A DNA stretch of 64,000 nucleotides, from assembly GCA_000004985.1 (NCBI GenBank), contig GG738877.1; one strand, 5' to 3'. The stretch is from Naegleria gruberi (Eukaryota). Both the position numbers and the translations under genes were made by a program. Every line of letters begins with the position of its first letter. Position 1 is the first letter of the stretch. The notes beneath the pieces are model-generated. The model was not told the DNA's origin. It worked only from the letters and a program-made list of their open reading frames with translations, and did no database searches. This document shows positions 55,622 through 64,000 of this stretch, piece by piece.

Positions 55622-57627
55622 ATGCCTTCTTCCAACAATCACAAGAATGAACGACCAATTGGCCTTCATGAGTTGTTTCAAAATTTAAATAGGATTGGCA
55701 AACAAAAGGTGAAGGAAAGATTTTTTGGAAGGTTGAAAACACTTTCTATTGATCCGATTGTGTGGGATGGAAACTCTGCAAATAATATCGTAGATGAACA
55801 AATTATGATTGATTGTTCATCATCTCCAACAGGACAACAAGAAGTAATTAATAGTATTGAACCTGGAGAAAAGATTAATGACTCGACGGGAGAAATTCAG
55901 AATGCAAACTCATCATCACTTGTGGAAATATTAACTTCATCATCTGTTCATTCGGAGGAGCCTTTGGAAATTAGTAGTGTGGAAGAAGTTGAAACCATAC
56001 TTGTTCAACCTACACAAATTGAGGATGTAGGACCAATAGATCCAACAATTTTGGCCCAACACAGTCACCAATATCCTCATCAAAGCTCAACTTTTAAAGG
56101 TTTCAAGGCAAGTGAATTTCAAAAAGCGGTTCTCGACCACTGCGATAAAGTTAGAGGAATACTCAAACATAGTACTGGTTTGATAGTTTTAGCCACAGGA
56201 TTAGGTAATTATTCTCAATATTTGATTTAATCCATTGAGTAGGTAAAACTATTCTTGTTATTTTAGATATTGAACGAGAACTCACAAGGTTGAAGGATAC
56301 TAACGACTTTAAATCCTTTAAATTACTATTTCTTGTACACTCAAAGGTAATTAGAGATGGCACCTACCAAAAATTCAAAACTCAATTTTGTACGGATTTA
56401 GAAAGTGAATGGGATTTTACTGACTCTGATTTTCTAAATATCACAGAGAATGAGACACAAAAGACTATTGATTCAAAGATGAAAAGGGCAAAATTTATAT
56501 TTTGTTTATTTCAATCATTCGATAAGATTTCATCAATCAAATGTACCCATTGTGTAATTGATGAGGTACACCACGTTGTTGCCCAAACATATAATAAGGT
56601 CTTTACACAACTATCCAATTTACCATCTAATCGTTATATGCTAGGGTAAGTATGGAAATTATCCTTTTAATTAATCCAGCCATCTAGCATGACTGCAACT
56701 CTCATTCACAGAGATGATCCAACTGGTGAGAATTTGAAAAAATTATTTAAGGATATTGTCTATGTTGATTTGCCTTGGAGATTAGCTAATAATCTTGGAT
56801 TTTTCCCACCAGTCGAATATCTAGAATATTTGCCATCAACAATCAACTCGTCTTTGGACATTTTAACTTACCAACAAATATTTAAAGAAGCTTTTGATAT
56901 TTACAACAATCCAAAGAGACAACTTCCAAACTTTATTAACAAACTTGAGAAATCCCTCATTCAATTAGGAATGAACACTGACGAGCAAGTGAAGAAAAAA
57001 CTGACACCAGAAAGTGTAACCAACGTTCTCTTTCAATTCTTGCAGGAACAAGTGAATGCAGGACTTGCCGCCAAGAAAAAAATCATAATTGTACGTAATA
57101 TCTCATGTATTTCCAAACTAGAACCCTGTTAGTTCGCTAATAGTTGTGAAAATGCAGACCAAATAGAAGGTCTCATCAACAAGAAATCCAAAACATCTGT
57201 CCTTGCGTTAAAATGCTCATCTGTACATTATAAGAAAGGTACTAAACAAACTAAGCAGATACTTGAGGATTTTGAAACAGGAAAGTTGAATGTTTTAGTG
57301 AATGTAATGATGGTTAGTGAAGGTTATGACGTAAAAGACGTGGATTGTTTGGTTTTGGCAAGACAAACCGAATCTGAAATTGTTTTCTTACAACAACTAG
57401 GAAGAGCACTCAGAAGAAGTACAAACAAGACTGTAATTGTTATTGACCTAGCATTGAATCTTAGAAAAAGATGGAAACGACTCTTTAATGATGAATTCCA
57501 AAATGAAGAGGAGCTTAAAAGGATGATCACCGAGTTTTGGCAAGGTATGTATGATTCTGATGTCATCTCTAACCAATTAAATTCAGTCGAAAACTTTATT
57601 GGAAATCCAAGCTCCCTTATACAATAG
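55622..57627 (+). CDS. Superfamily-2 DEVH-box helicase, 4 exons: 55622..56204, 56243..56645, 56688..57090, 57133..57627
   Basis: Walker A is reconstituted only by splicing a 38-nt GTAATT..AGTAG intron: ...GLIVLATGLG|KTILVILDIERELTRL. Motif II is CVIDEVHHVV. The helicase C-terminal domain is VLVNVMMVSEGYDVKDVDCLVLARQTESEIVFLQQLGRALRRS. The other introns are both 42 nt (GTAAGT..TCTAG and GTACGT..GTTAG). All exon phases were verified against ORF-track anchors. Confidence 0.75.
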
Positions 57628-57843
57628 AAGAATTGACTGTTAATGGCTCGTGAATTGTAAACATCACTAATGGCACTATGTAGGTACTCATTCCGTTTCT
57701 GTGGAAGGTTACACAACGATGGCAATTTTGTCTGCGATGTATGACGTTTAGTGACAAAGTGGAACGAGTCTATGTGCAAGAATTTCGCTGCATGTAGTTA
57801 GTAAGGCAATGACATTCACAAGACTAAATACACAGAAGAAAAA

Positions 57844-60800
57844 ATGTCTCGCAATAATGTCCACAATGGATCCACTGGTTGGACTCGTCGAGTAACCAAT
57901 CATCCAATGGACCACTCTTCCTCTTCTTCATCGTATAGTAATGGATCACCTGATCAACAACAGCAACAACAAGGAACACTTCCTCCTCCCCTACCACCAA
58001 GACGAGCAACCACAATTTCAACAAGACAGCAAGGGATTGAAATATCGAACGGAAATTCATCAACAAATAATACTTTAGTTTCTCAATTTGGTAATAGAAG
58101 TGATTTTTCTAGTAACATTCTTACAAGAAACAAATACGAACCCCATTCATCAACCGAGAGTAACAACAATCAATCTGCCTTTAATAATGAGAGTTATCAA
58201 AGTTATGCAGGTGTTGATGATCTAAATAGTACTTCTTTCAATAGATTTGAAACAAATCATCCATCTAACCAAACAAATGCTCCACCTAGCATTCCACAAA
58301 GGAAACCCAAATACCATTCACCCTCTCTGCTCAACAAATCTCCTCCTCCACCAATACCTCAAAAATCTATTAACCACATCCAACATGATTCTCCTTCAAA
58401 CAGCTCACCAACCTCTCCAAAATTCCTCAATAGAAATCCTCCCCCACCAATTCCAGGATCCCTCAAAGGGATAGACACTGACATTCGTTTAAAGGATGAT
58501 GAACAAAAGGAGGAGGTATTACCCAAACGTCAAGATATTGTGTCCTCTTCCATCAACATCAACTTTTCGGGTGATAGCACTGATGAGAACCATACGAAAC
58601 CAAAGAAAAATCGACCACCATCCATTCCATCATACTCTAGAGGATTTAATTCTGGTGCTGCTAATAGTAATTATTCTTCTATTGATCAAAGTTTGACTGG
58701 TAATAGTGCTGTTACAACAACTCCACCACCTTTGCCAATCAGAAAGATTGTTAACGATAAGAAACTTCTCGACTCACCAAACAGTGTAAATAGTGTTGGA
58801 AGTAATAGTAGTAGTTGCAGCTCATCTCTCAGTGATTCGTGCAACATTCTCAGTTATTTACATTCCAAACAGGGAGGAAATTTGAATATGGATTACCTAG
58901 ATACAGGCGACGAAGGTTCTCTGATGCAAGATGTGGAGTCAGAAGGAAATGATGAGTTTAGTTTTCCAAGCAATTCATATGAGGCAGAAAACGATCTGTC
59001 ATCACCTGGAAATGGTCAATCAGCCAAACCAATCGATTTTTCAGTAGACGAGGCACTCTTCAGACGAGTCAACTCAAAAGTGAAAACACTCTCTTTAAAT
59101 GGCATTTCTCGTTCTTCTTCATTGACTAGAAAAACATCTAGAACCCTTCACTACTCTTCACAAAACAAATCACACAACACCTCCTTTGTTGAATATCAAC
59201 AACAACATAATCACTCACCAACTGCTGCTTACACCTCTTCCGATCAATTTGGAAGTAGTAGTAATTCAACCAGCACAACAATTTTACCATCCGAAAGAAT
59301 TGAACAAGCAATGGAAATTGAAACGAAAAACAAACCTTGGTCACAAACAGATAAGACCTTGTCAGCTGAGGAAGAAGAATTATTGGCAAATTCAAGAGTT
59401 TCTCAACCTCATCTTCTTCAAGCCTACAAAGTTTTTAACACACCATTCCATATTATGAAACGAGTACCTGTAAAATATATGCGAGCACCTTTCCAGCCTA
59501 CTTTTGATGAAAACGATGGAATTGACCATAGTCATAATTATTGTGATAATTCAGAATCTTCTGTTTCTTCAGCACCAAAACAATCTTCTTCCGACTCCAG
59601 TGATGATGAATCGTCAACTAATACTGAAGAAGAAAGTATTACCACACCAAGAAATAGAAAGAGTTACTTTTTGAAATTGTCAGAAATTGATAAAATTTCT
59701 CTTGGTCAAACAGAAGATTCAGACCATCACACTATTCAGCAATCTCCTAGAAATAGTGTAACACCTAGAGCATCAATAAGAAGTAAAACAATTATTGGTA
59801 TGATAGGAGGAAACACGGAAAAGAAGGCAGTTGACGGTTTTGATGAAATTCAAGTTTTGGAAGCAAAGAAAAGTCTTGTCGAATTTGCCAAATATTCTGC
59901 TGGTAAAAAGAAGACTGACATTATTGAAAATATTGAACCAAAGAATGGAACTGTAATGGTAGTTAAAAACCCAGGATTAGATGCTGTGACAGAGACCATT
60001 ACTTCAAAAACACGTTTGATGAGTTGTTTAAAACCTGATTACATGTTCAAACCTTTGGAAGCTTCAATGTGCCAAAGAGTTTCTGATTTAGCTTATCCAG
60101 TTAAAAGAAAGACCAAATTCTTCCTTCAATGTACAAGTTTAAGATTTGAAAATATTCAAATGAAAGATAGAGAATTATTATTCTCATCAGTTGCCTTATA
60201 CGATATTCAATATGGTAGAAAATTATCAGAAGACTACCATTTCCATTTATTGCCTAATCAACAATTAAGCGATCTTCCACCTCTATTCAGAGATGAACTC
60301 AAAATTTATGAAGATGCAAGAGATATTTATTCTTCAATAATAGTTTCTCCAAAAAAGTTATTCACTGTTAGTTATCCAAATGACGAGGTCTATCTCGTAG
60401 CAACAATCTATAGAATTCCTACATCATCTATCCATGAGGCTGTTAAAATGTATTCTAAAGAAAATAAGAATATTGATAAGTGGTCTGATCAATACAATCA
60501 ACTTAAGGCCAAGCTAATTAGATTCAGACAGCCATTTTTATTTGGATTTACATCTTTATTTGTTAAGGAAATGATCAATGTTAAAGGGAAACAGGTTGAA
60601 TCTTTCAAATTGGAAGGTTCAAGATATGACATCAAACCATTCTATGAAGTTGATGGCGATTTTAAAAATCCAGTAGATTTTGTGACAATTATTAGAAACT
60701 CAATCAAGGATAAGAAAATTAAGAATAATCAAGTTCAAGGATCTATGCTGTTCACTGCTGAACTTCTTTCAAATTCTAGTTCTCAAAGTAATTATGAAAT

Positions 60801-63800
60801 TCAGCAAAAAATCCAAAATTCTAAATCAAGATTCTTAACAAGTCAAGGATCGAGATCTGATTTGGATTCCTCATTTGGGTCCCCAAGCTCAAGCTCTATT
60901 CTCGGATCAAGTACAGCATTCAGCTCACCAAGATCTGTTAATGAAAGTATAATATCTAGTTATGAGCATGATGGAACTGAGAGCCTTGTAAATCAAGAAC
61001 AACTCAATCAAGTTCAAGAATTTCCACTCCTCTCCTCTAACTATCCTAATCTATCCATGCAAAATACTTTGTTTATTTATCCTCAAAGTTTTATTATTGA
61101 AGGTGCATCCTCAGCAAAGAACATTTTTGCTGAAGTTTATTTTAGAGAAACAGACACAGCTCCTCCTAAAGTTGAAGATATTGATGGAAAAGCTGAAAAA
61201 AGATTTATTGCTTGGTTAAAGAAGGAGAGAACAACTTCTTTAATAACTTCCCTTTCGGTCGATTCGAGACAGCAAATATTATTGGATGAATTTAGATTGG
61301 AACTTCCAATGTATCCTATGGAAAAGCACCATTTATTATTTGTCTTTTACCATGTTGATATTGACAATAAGCATTCAAAGAAATTGGAATATGCAAATAG
61401 TTCCTTCGATTCAAGAAAAGAATTCTTTTCAACATCTGATAGAGCTATTATTGGATATGCTTTCCTCCCACTCACTAAGAGTATTCAACCAGATGAATGT
61501 GAGTACACTTTGAAACACAACCTTATCTACTTGCCTGATTGTAATGATGATATTACAATCTACAAGAAGGACTCTTTTAAGAGTAATTATTTGTCTGAGA
61601 ATAGTCTCAAACCTCTAAAGAGTTCAAAAATCAAAGTTAAAACCAATTTAGTATCGACTATACACCCTAGAGATCCAACTCTTGCATTATTTTATGCTTC
61701 TCTGACTGATCTCTACACAGCCGCTCCTGGTAAAACAATTGAAATATTGGATTTCTTGGAAGGTTTTGTTCTTCAAAAGTTTAACGAAATTGAATTCTCA
61801 GAGTTGTTACCTCACTTCCCAATTTTAATGAACCTACTTTTTGAATTGATGTGCAGAGTTTCTGAACTTACAACTGATGAACAACAAATTGAAAGCTTGG
61901 AAAGCTCTGTCTTTGAATCATTACTTGTTTGCCTAAGAGGATCCTACCACTTTACCAAACATCACACAAGAAGTAACAAGTATTTTACTAGTTATGTTAA
62001 ATTCATGTTTGAAAACATCAAGGGTAATCCACTTTTCTTGAATTTACCAAGAATAATAACAAGATTTATTTATGTTCCAGAAGGCAAGGAACTTGAGCCA
62101 GCAGAAGAAGGCAAATATATTAAGGAAATGAACAGGCTCAGTAAAAAGTATGGCAAGTCAGTCATAAAGAAAACTACCAGTTTGGAAAAGGATAAAAAGG
62201 AATACGAAAAGAAAAAGAATGAAGTATCTCCTCATGATCCTATCAGATTTTCTTGGTTCCTTTTCGATATTACTATCAAGAGTATAATTCTTTCAGGAGT
62301 GCCTAGCTCAGAAGATCACCACACTATGGATTACTTTACAGAAGTACCTGAAGACCTATTCTTCATATCATTGAAACAATTAATTGACAACTTTAATACA
62401 TGTGTCAACAAGTTAATGTTGAGTGATGGTACTGGAAGAAATAACATTGGGTTGAATGGTAATAGAAACTTGGCATTGTTCATTAGAGATTTGATCCCTA
62501 TTCTCAAAAGAGAACATGTGCTCAAACTGGTAAAGAAATACTTTAAATTCTTTAATGGATCGGATGAGAAACAACTTCGTTTGAAGAGTGAATTCATTAC
62601 TATCCTCAGTGACTATGAGCATTGGATTCCTATCAACAATTTATCATTGGAAGGAGGAAACTTTGGTGTCAAACATTTCAGCACGTTATTCTATCAAATT
62701 GTGGACAGTAAGAAGGATAGATTAATTAAGAAGATGACAAAGGTCTTACTCAACCACCTTTGTAAACTTGATTTTGACTCTAGATATGTTCATGAAAACT
62801 CAAAAGCCAATGTTTGTGAAATTTATCTCATCTTTGTTGATTTGTTCTTTGAAAAAGATGAGTACCTCACAATTTTCCAAGATGATGAGCTGTTTGTTGT
62901 ATTTTCATGCATTTTGTTGTGGATAATGAGAGGCTTATCAAAGCAAAGGTTAATTTCTTGGTTCAAGGTTCTACCATTCTTCAAGATTTTGAATATTTTG
63001 AACTTTTTGGACTATGTAACTATTGCTATTAACAATCTCGATTATGATCCAAAATCTAGAGTTGAAGATGATAGATCTCTTCGTACCGAAGTTTCCCTTG
63101 TTATTAATTACTTGATTTCTGTAATTGTATCAAATGTCACCTCAGACGGAGGATTTATTGATGAGCTGCAAATGCAAAGCGACAATATTGATCTTCTCTC
63201 TAATATCCAACTTGCTGATCCAAGTTTACTGAGACAAAGACAACTTGTATCCTACTATGAGGCAAAAAGCTTAAAGCAACAAGCTCCTCTTATTGGTCTA
63301 TTCTTTAGACAGATTTGTAGAGTTTTGATGAACAGTGTTCTTCAATTAACCTTGAGAAAGGAATTAGACTTGGTATATATTGTATTTAGAGAATCACTTT
63401 TACCTCTTATCAAAGAATGTACCAGTAAACTTGTGGTAAATGAGCTCTATGATCCAAACATTCCAAAGAAACAGAGAATTCCTATTGCTGAAAAGAGACA
63501 AGTCGAACAAAAGTGGAGATGGTTATTGGGTGCTGTTATGCTTCACTCAGGATTTACATCTGAAGAAGAGCAAAATGCTTATCCAATTGTCAAAGAATGT
63601 CAAAAACTTTTATTAGAACCTTTCAATAATGAACTGTTCAATGTGCAATTAGATAGTACCGATATTGAGGATGGTGATTTGCTATTGAACAATGAAGAGC
63701 ACAATATCAAAGCAGGTACATTCAAAAAACTTGTCGAAAGATTGCTTGACGTGGATACAAATCAAATTGACAAGGAGAGTCACAAGTATGGAGAAATCTT

Positions 63801-64000
63801 CCTCCTCACTTGCGCCTCTTTCACTCAACCAATTAATTTACTCACCCAACTTATTGAAATATTTAAAACAGCCGAAGAAACAGTCATCAAGCTCAGAGTT
63901 GAACAATTTATCAGCAAGTGGGTTAGATTCGGATTCCATGATTTTGACAATAATGTTATTGCCAAGCTTGTTACATTCCTTTCCAATATTTCTGGAGTTA
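57844..64000 (+). CDS. Partial CDS (continues beyond window end): >2050-aa protein with Pro-rich N-terminus, DOCK-type DHR-1 (C2) domain and a downstream RasGEF-N (REM)-like motif
   Basis: By manual translation the frame is open from ATG ~57844 to 64000 with no stop. It is absent from the ORF track because there is no in-window stop. The N-terminal 500 aa are S/N/P-rich with PxxP motifs (PPPLPPRR, PPPPIPQK, PPPPIPGS, PPPLPIRK). DHR-1 runs from about 60120 to about 61500: NTLFIYPQSFIIEGASSAKNIFAEVYFRETDT...DEFRLELPMYPMEKHHLLFVFYHVDID...IGYAFLPL. Compare DOCK180 NDLYVYP...ARNIAV.VEFRDSD...DEIKIELP..LHEKHHLLFTFYHVSC...VGYAWLPL. Near 63690-63960 it reads AGTFKKLVERLLDVDTNQIDKESHKYGEIFLLTCASFTQPINLLTQLIEIF...KLRVEQFISKWVRFGFHDFDNN. 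This resembles the RasGEF N-terminal domain (GTLxKLIERLT...FLLTYRSF..P.ELL..L). Confidence 0.65.
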   Translation, partial: MSRNNVHNGSTGWTRRVTNHPMDHSSSSSSYSNGSPDQQQQQQGTLPPPLPPRRATTISTRQQGIEISNGNSSTNNTLVSQFGNRSDFSSNILTRNKYEPHSSTESNNNQSAFNNESYQSYAGVDDLNSTSFNRFETNHPSNQTNAPPSIPQRKPKYHSPSLLNKSPPPPIPQKSINHIQHDSPSNSSPTSPKFLNRNPPPPIPGSLKGIDTDIRLKDDEQKEEVLPKRQDIVSSSININFSGDSTDENHTKPKKNRPPSIPSYSRGFNSGAANSNYSSIDQSLTGNSAVTTTPPPLPIRKIVNDKKLLDSPNSVNSVGSNSSSCSSSLSDSCNILSYLHSKQGGNLNMDYLDTGDEGSLMQDVESEGNDEFSFPSNSYEAENDLSSPGNGQSAKPIDFSVDEALFRRVNSKVKTLSLNGISRSSSLTRKTSRTLHYSSQNKSHNTSFVEYQQQHNHSPTAAYTSSDQFGSSSNSTSTTILPSERIEQAMEIETKNKPWSQTDKTLSAEEEELLANSRVSQPHLLQAYKVFNTPFHIMKRVPVKYMRAPFQPTFDENDGIDHSHNYCDNSESSVSSAPKQSSSDSSDDESSTNTEEESITTPRNRKSYFLKLSEIDKISLGQTEDSDHHTIQQSPRNSVTPRASIRSKTIIGMIGGNTEKKAVDGFDEIQVLEAKKSLVEFAKYSAGKKKTDIIENIEPKNGTVMVVKNPGLDAVTETITSKTRLMSCLKPDYMFKPLEASMCQRVSDLAYPVKRKTKFFLQCTSLRFENIQMKDRELLFSSVALYDIQYGRKLSEDYHFHLLPNQQLSDLPPLFRDELKIYEDARDIYSSIIVSPKKLFTVSYPNDEVYLVATIYRIPTSSIHEAVKMYSKENKNIDKWSDQYNQLKAKLIRFRQPFLFGFTSLFVKEMINVKGKQVESFKLEGSRYDIKPFYEVDGDFKNPVDFVTIIRNSIKDKKIKNNQVQGSMLFTAELLSNSSSQSNYEIQQKIQNSKSRFLTSQGSRSDLDSSFGSPSSSSILGSSTAFSSPRSVNESIISSYEHDGTESLVNQEQLNQVQEFPLLSSNYPNLSMQNTLFIYPQSFIIEGASSAKNIFAEVYFRETDTAPPKVEDIDGKAEKRFIAWLKKERTTSLITSLSVDSRQQILLDEFRLELPMYPMEKHHLLFVFYHVDIDNKHSKKLEYANSSFDSRKEFFSTSDRAIIGYAFLPLTKSIQPDECEYTLKHNLIYLPDCNDDITIYKKDSFKSNYLSENSLKPLKSSKIKVKTNLVSTIHPRDPTLALFYASLTDLYTAAPGKTIEILDFLEGFVLQKFNEIEFSELLPHFPILMNLLFELMCRVSELTTDEQQIESLESSVFESLLVCLRGSYHFTKHHTRSNKYFTSYVKFMFENIKGNPLFLNLPRIITRFIYVPEGKELEPAEEGKYIKEMNRLSKKYGKSVIKKTTSLEKDKKEYEKKKNEVSPHDPIRFSWFLFDITIKSIILSGVPSSEDHHTMDYFTEVPEDLFFISLKQLIDNFNTCVNKLMLSDGTGRNNIGLNGNRNLALFIRDLIPILKREHVLKLVKKYFKFFNGSDEKQLRLKSEFITILSDYEHWIPINNLSLEGGNFGVKHFSTLFYQIVDSKKDRLIKKMTKVLLNHLCKLDFDSRYVHENSKANVCEIYLIFVDLFFEKDEYLTIFQDDELFVVFSCILLWIMRGLSKQRLISWFKVLPFFKILNILNFLDYVTIAINNLDYDPKSRVEDDRSLRTEVSLVINYLISVIVSNVTSDGGFIDELQMQSDNIDLLSNIQLADPSLLRQRQLVSYYEAKSLKQQAPLIGLFFRQICRVLMNSVLQLTLRKELDLVYIVFRESLLPLIKECTSKLVVNELYDPNIPKKQRIPIAEKRQVEQKWRWLLGAVMLHSGFTSEEEQNAYPIVKECQKLLLEPFNNELFNVQLDSTDIEDGDLLLNNEEHNIKAGTFKKLVERLLDVDTNQIDKESHKYGEIFLLTCASFTQPINLLTQLIEIFKTAEETVIKLRVEQFISKWVRFGFHDFDNNVIAKLVTFLSNISGV

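Noticed and set aside
1-64000. Prokaryotic-style features (operons, RBS, CRISPR, defence islands, IS elements)
   Set aside because: The sequence is clearly eukaryotic, with spliceosomal introns, eukaryote-only families and a nuclear-type tRNA. No repeat-spacer arrays, terminal inverted repeats, LTRs or transposase/reverse-transcriptase ORFs were found.
1-64000. Nematode (Caenorhabditis-like) or Entamoeba origin
   Set aside because: Mini-introns and F-box expansion suggested nematodes. However acceptors lack TTTCAG, Gly is GGT-biased, intron density is about 1 per gene and the spacers are tiny. Entamoeba was rejected because the mitochondrial ATP23 protease is present and donor sites are mostly GTAAGT rather than GTTTGT.

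Overview
This is a gene-dense, AT-rich eukaryotic nuclear segment with about 35 protein-coding genes in 64 kb, roughly one gene per 1.8 kb. It is not prokaryotic. It has spliceosomal GT..AG introns, a nuclear-type tRNA, and families such as importin-beta, ESCRT-III, COMMD, MAPK15, DOCK, SLC12 and SLC13.

Intergenic spacers are short, about 70-700 bp. Genes carry 0-4 introns each. Introns are very short: most are 38-62 nt, the outliers are about 204 nt and about 400 nt. Donor sites vary (GTAAGT, GTATGT, GTTTGT, GTAGGT, GTACGT, GTTAGT, GTAAAT, GTATTA) and acceptors are simple YAG or AAG with no strong polypyrimidine signature. Codon usage is yeast-like (TTG, AGA, GGT, CAA, CCA, GCT preferred). 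TAA, TAG and TGA all behave as stops.

The taxon cannot be named from sequence alone. The gene content and structure fit a compact protist or early-branching eukaryote rather than a metazoan, nematode or amitochondriate parasite. Mitochondrial ATP23 is present. Seven-bladed NHL and EGF modules, COMMD and MAPK15 argue against most fungi.

Recognisable genes:
- importin-beta3 (IPO5/Kap121-like)
- an RCC1-repeat protein
- a Kelch protein
- a large ABCG-type transporter with an unusual N-terminal ectodomain
- tRNA-Lys(CUU)
- a secreted MACPF-like protein
- ATP23 metalloprotease
- Snf7/CHMP4
- a COMM-domain protein
- ERK7/MAPK15
- an armadillo-repeat protein
- an SLC13 Na+-coupled anion symporter
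- a protein kinase
- an NHL propeller protein
- PLAA/Doa1 (WD40-PFU-PUL)
- a TPR protein
- an SLC12 cation-chloride cotransporter
- a DEVH-box SF2 helicase
- a very large 3'-truncated ORF with a DOCK DHR-1 domain and a downstream RasGEF-N (REM)-like motif

Six genes, including two tandem paralog pairs, have N-terminal F-box-like motifs. A pair of small tetraspan membrane-protein paralogs is transcribed divergently from a shared promoter. PLAA and the TPR gene each need a 1-nt frame correction, which suggests draft-quality indels or genuine frameshifts.

No transposons, CRISPR arrays or rRNA were seen. The supplied ORF track omits ORFs that run off the window edges (1..1058 minus; 57844..64000 plus). 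It also uses alternative start codons, so several listed starts are not real ATGs.

Exon coordinates were derived by hand and may be off by a few nucleotides.
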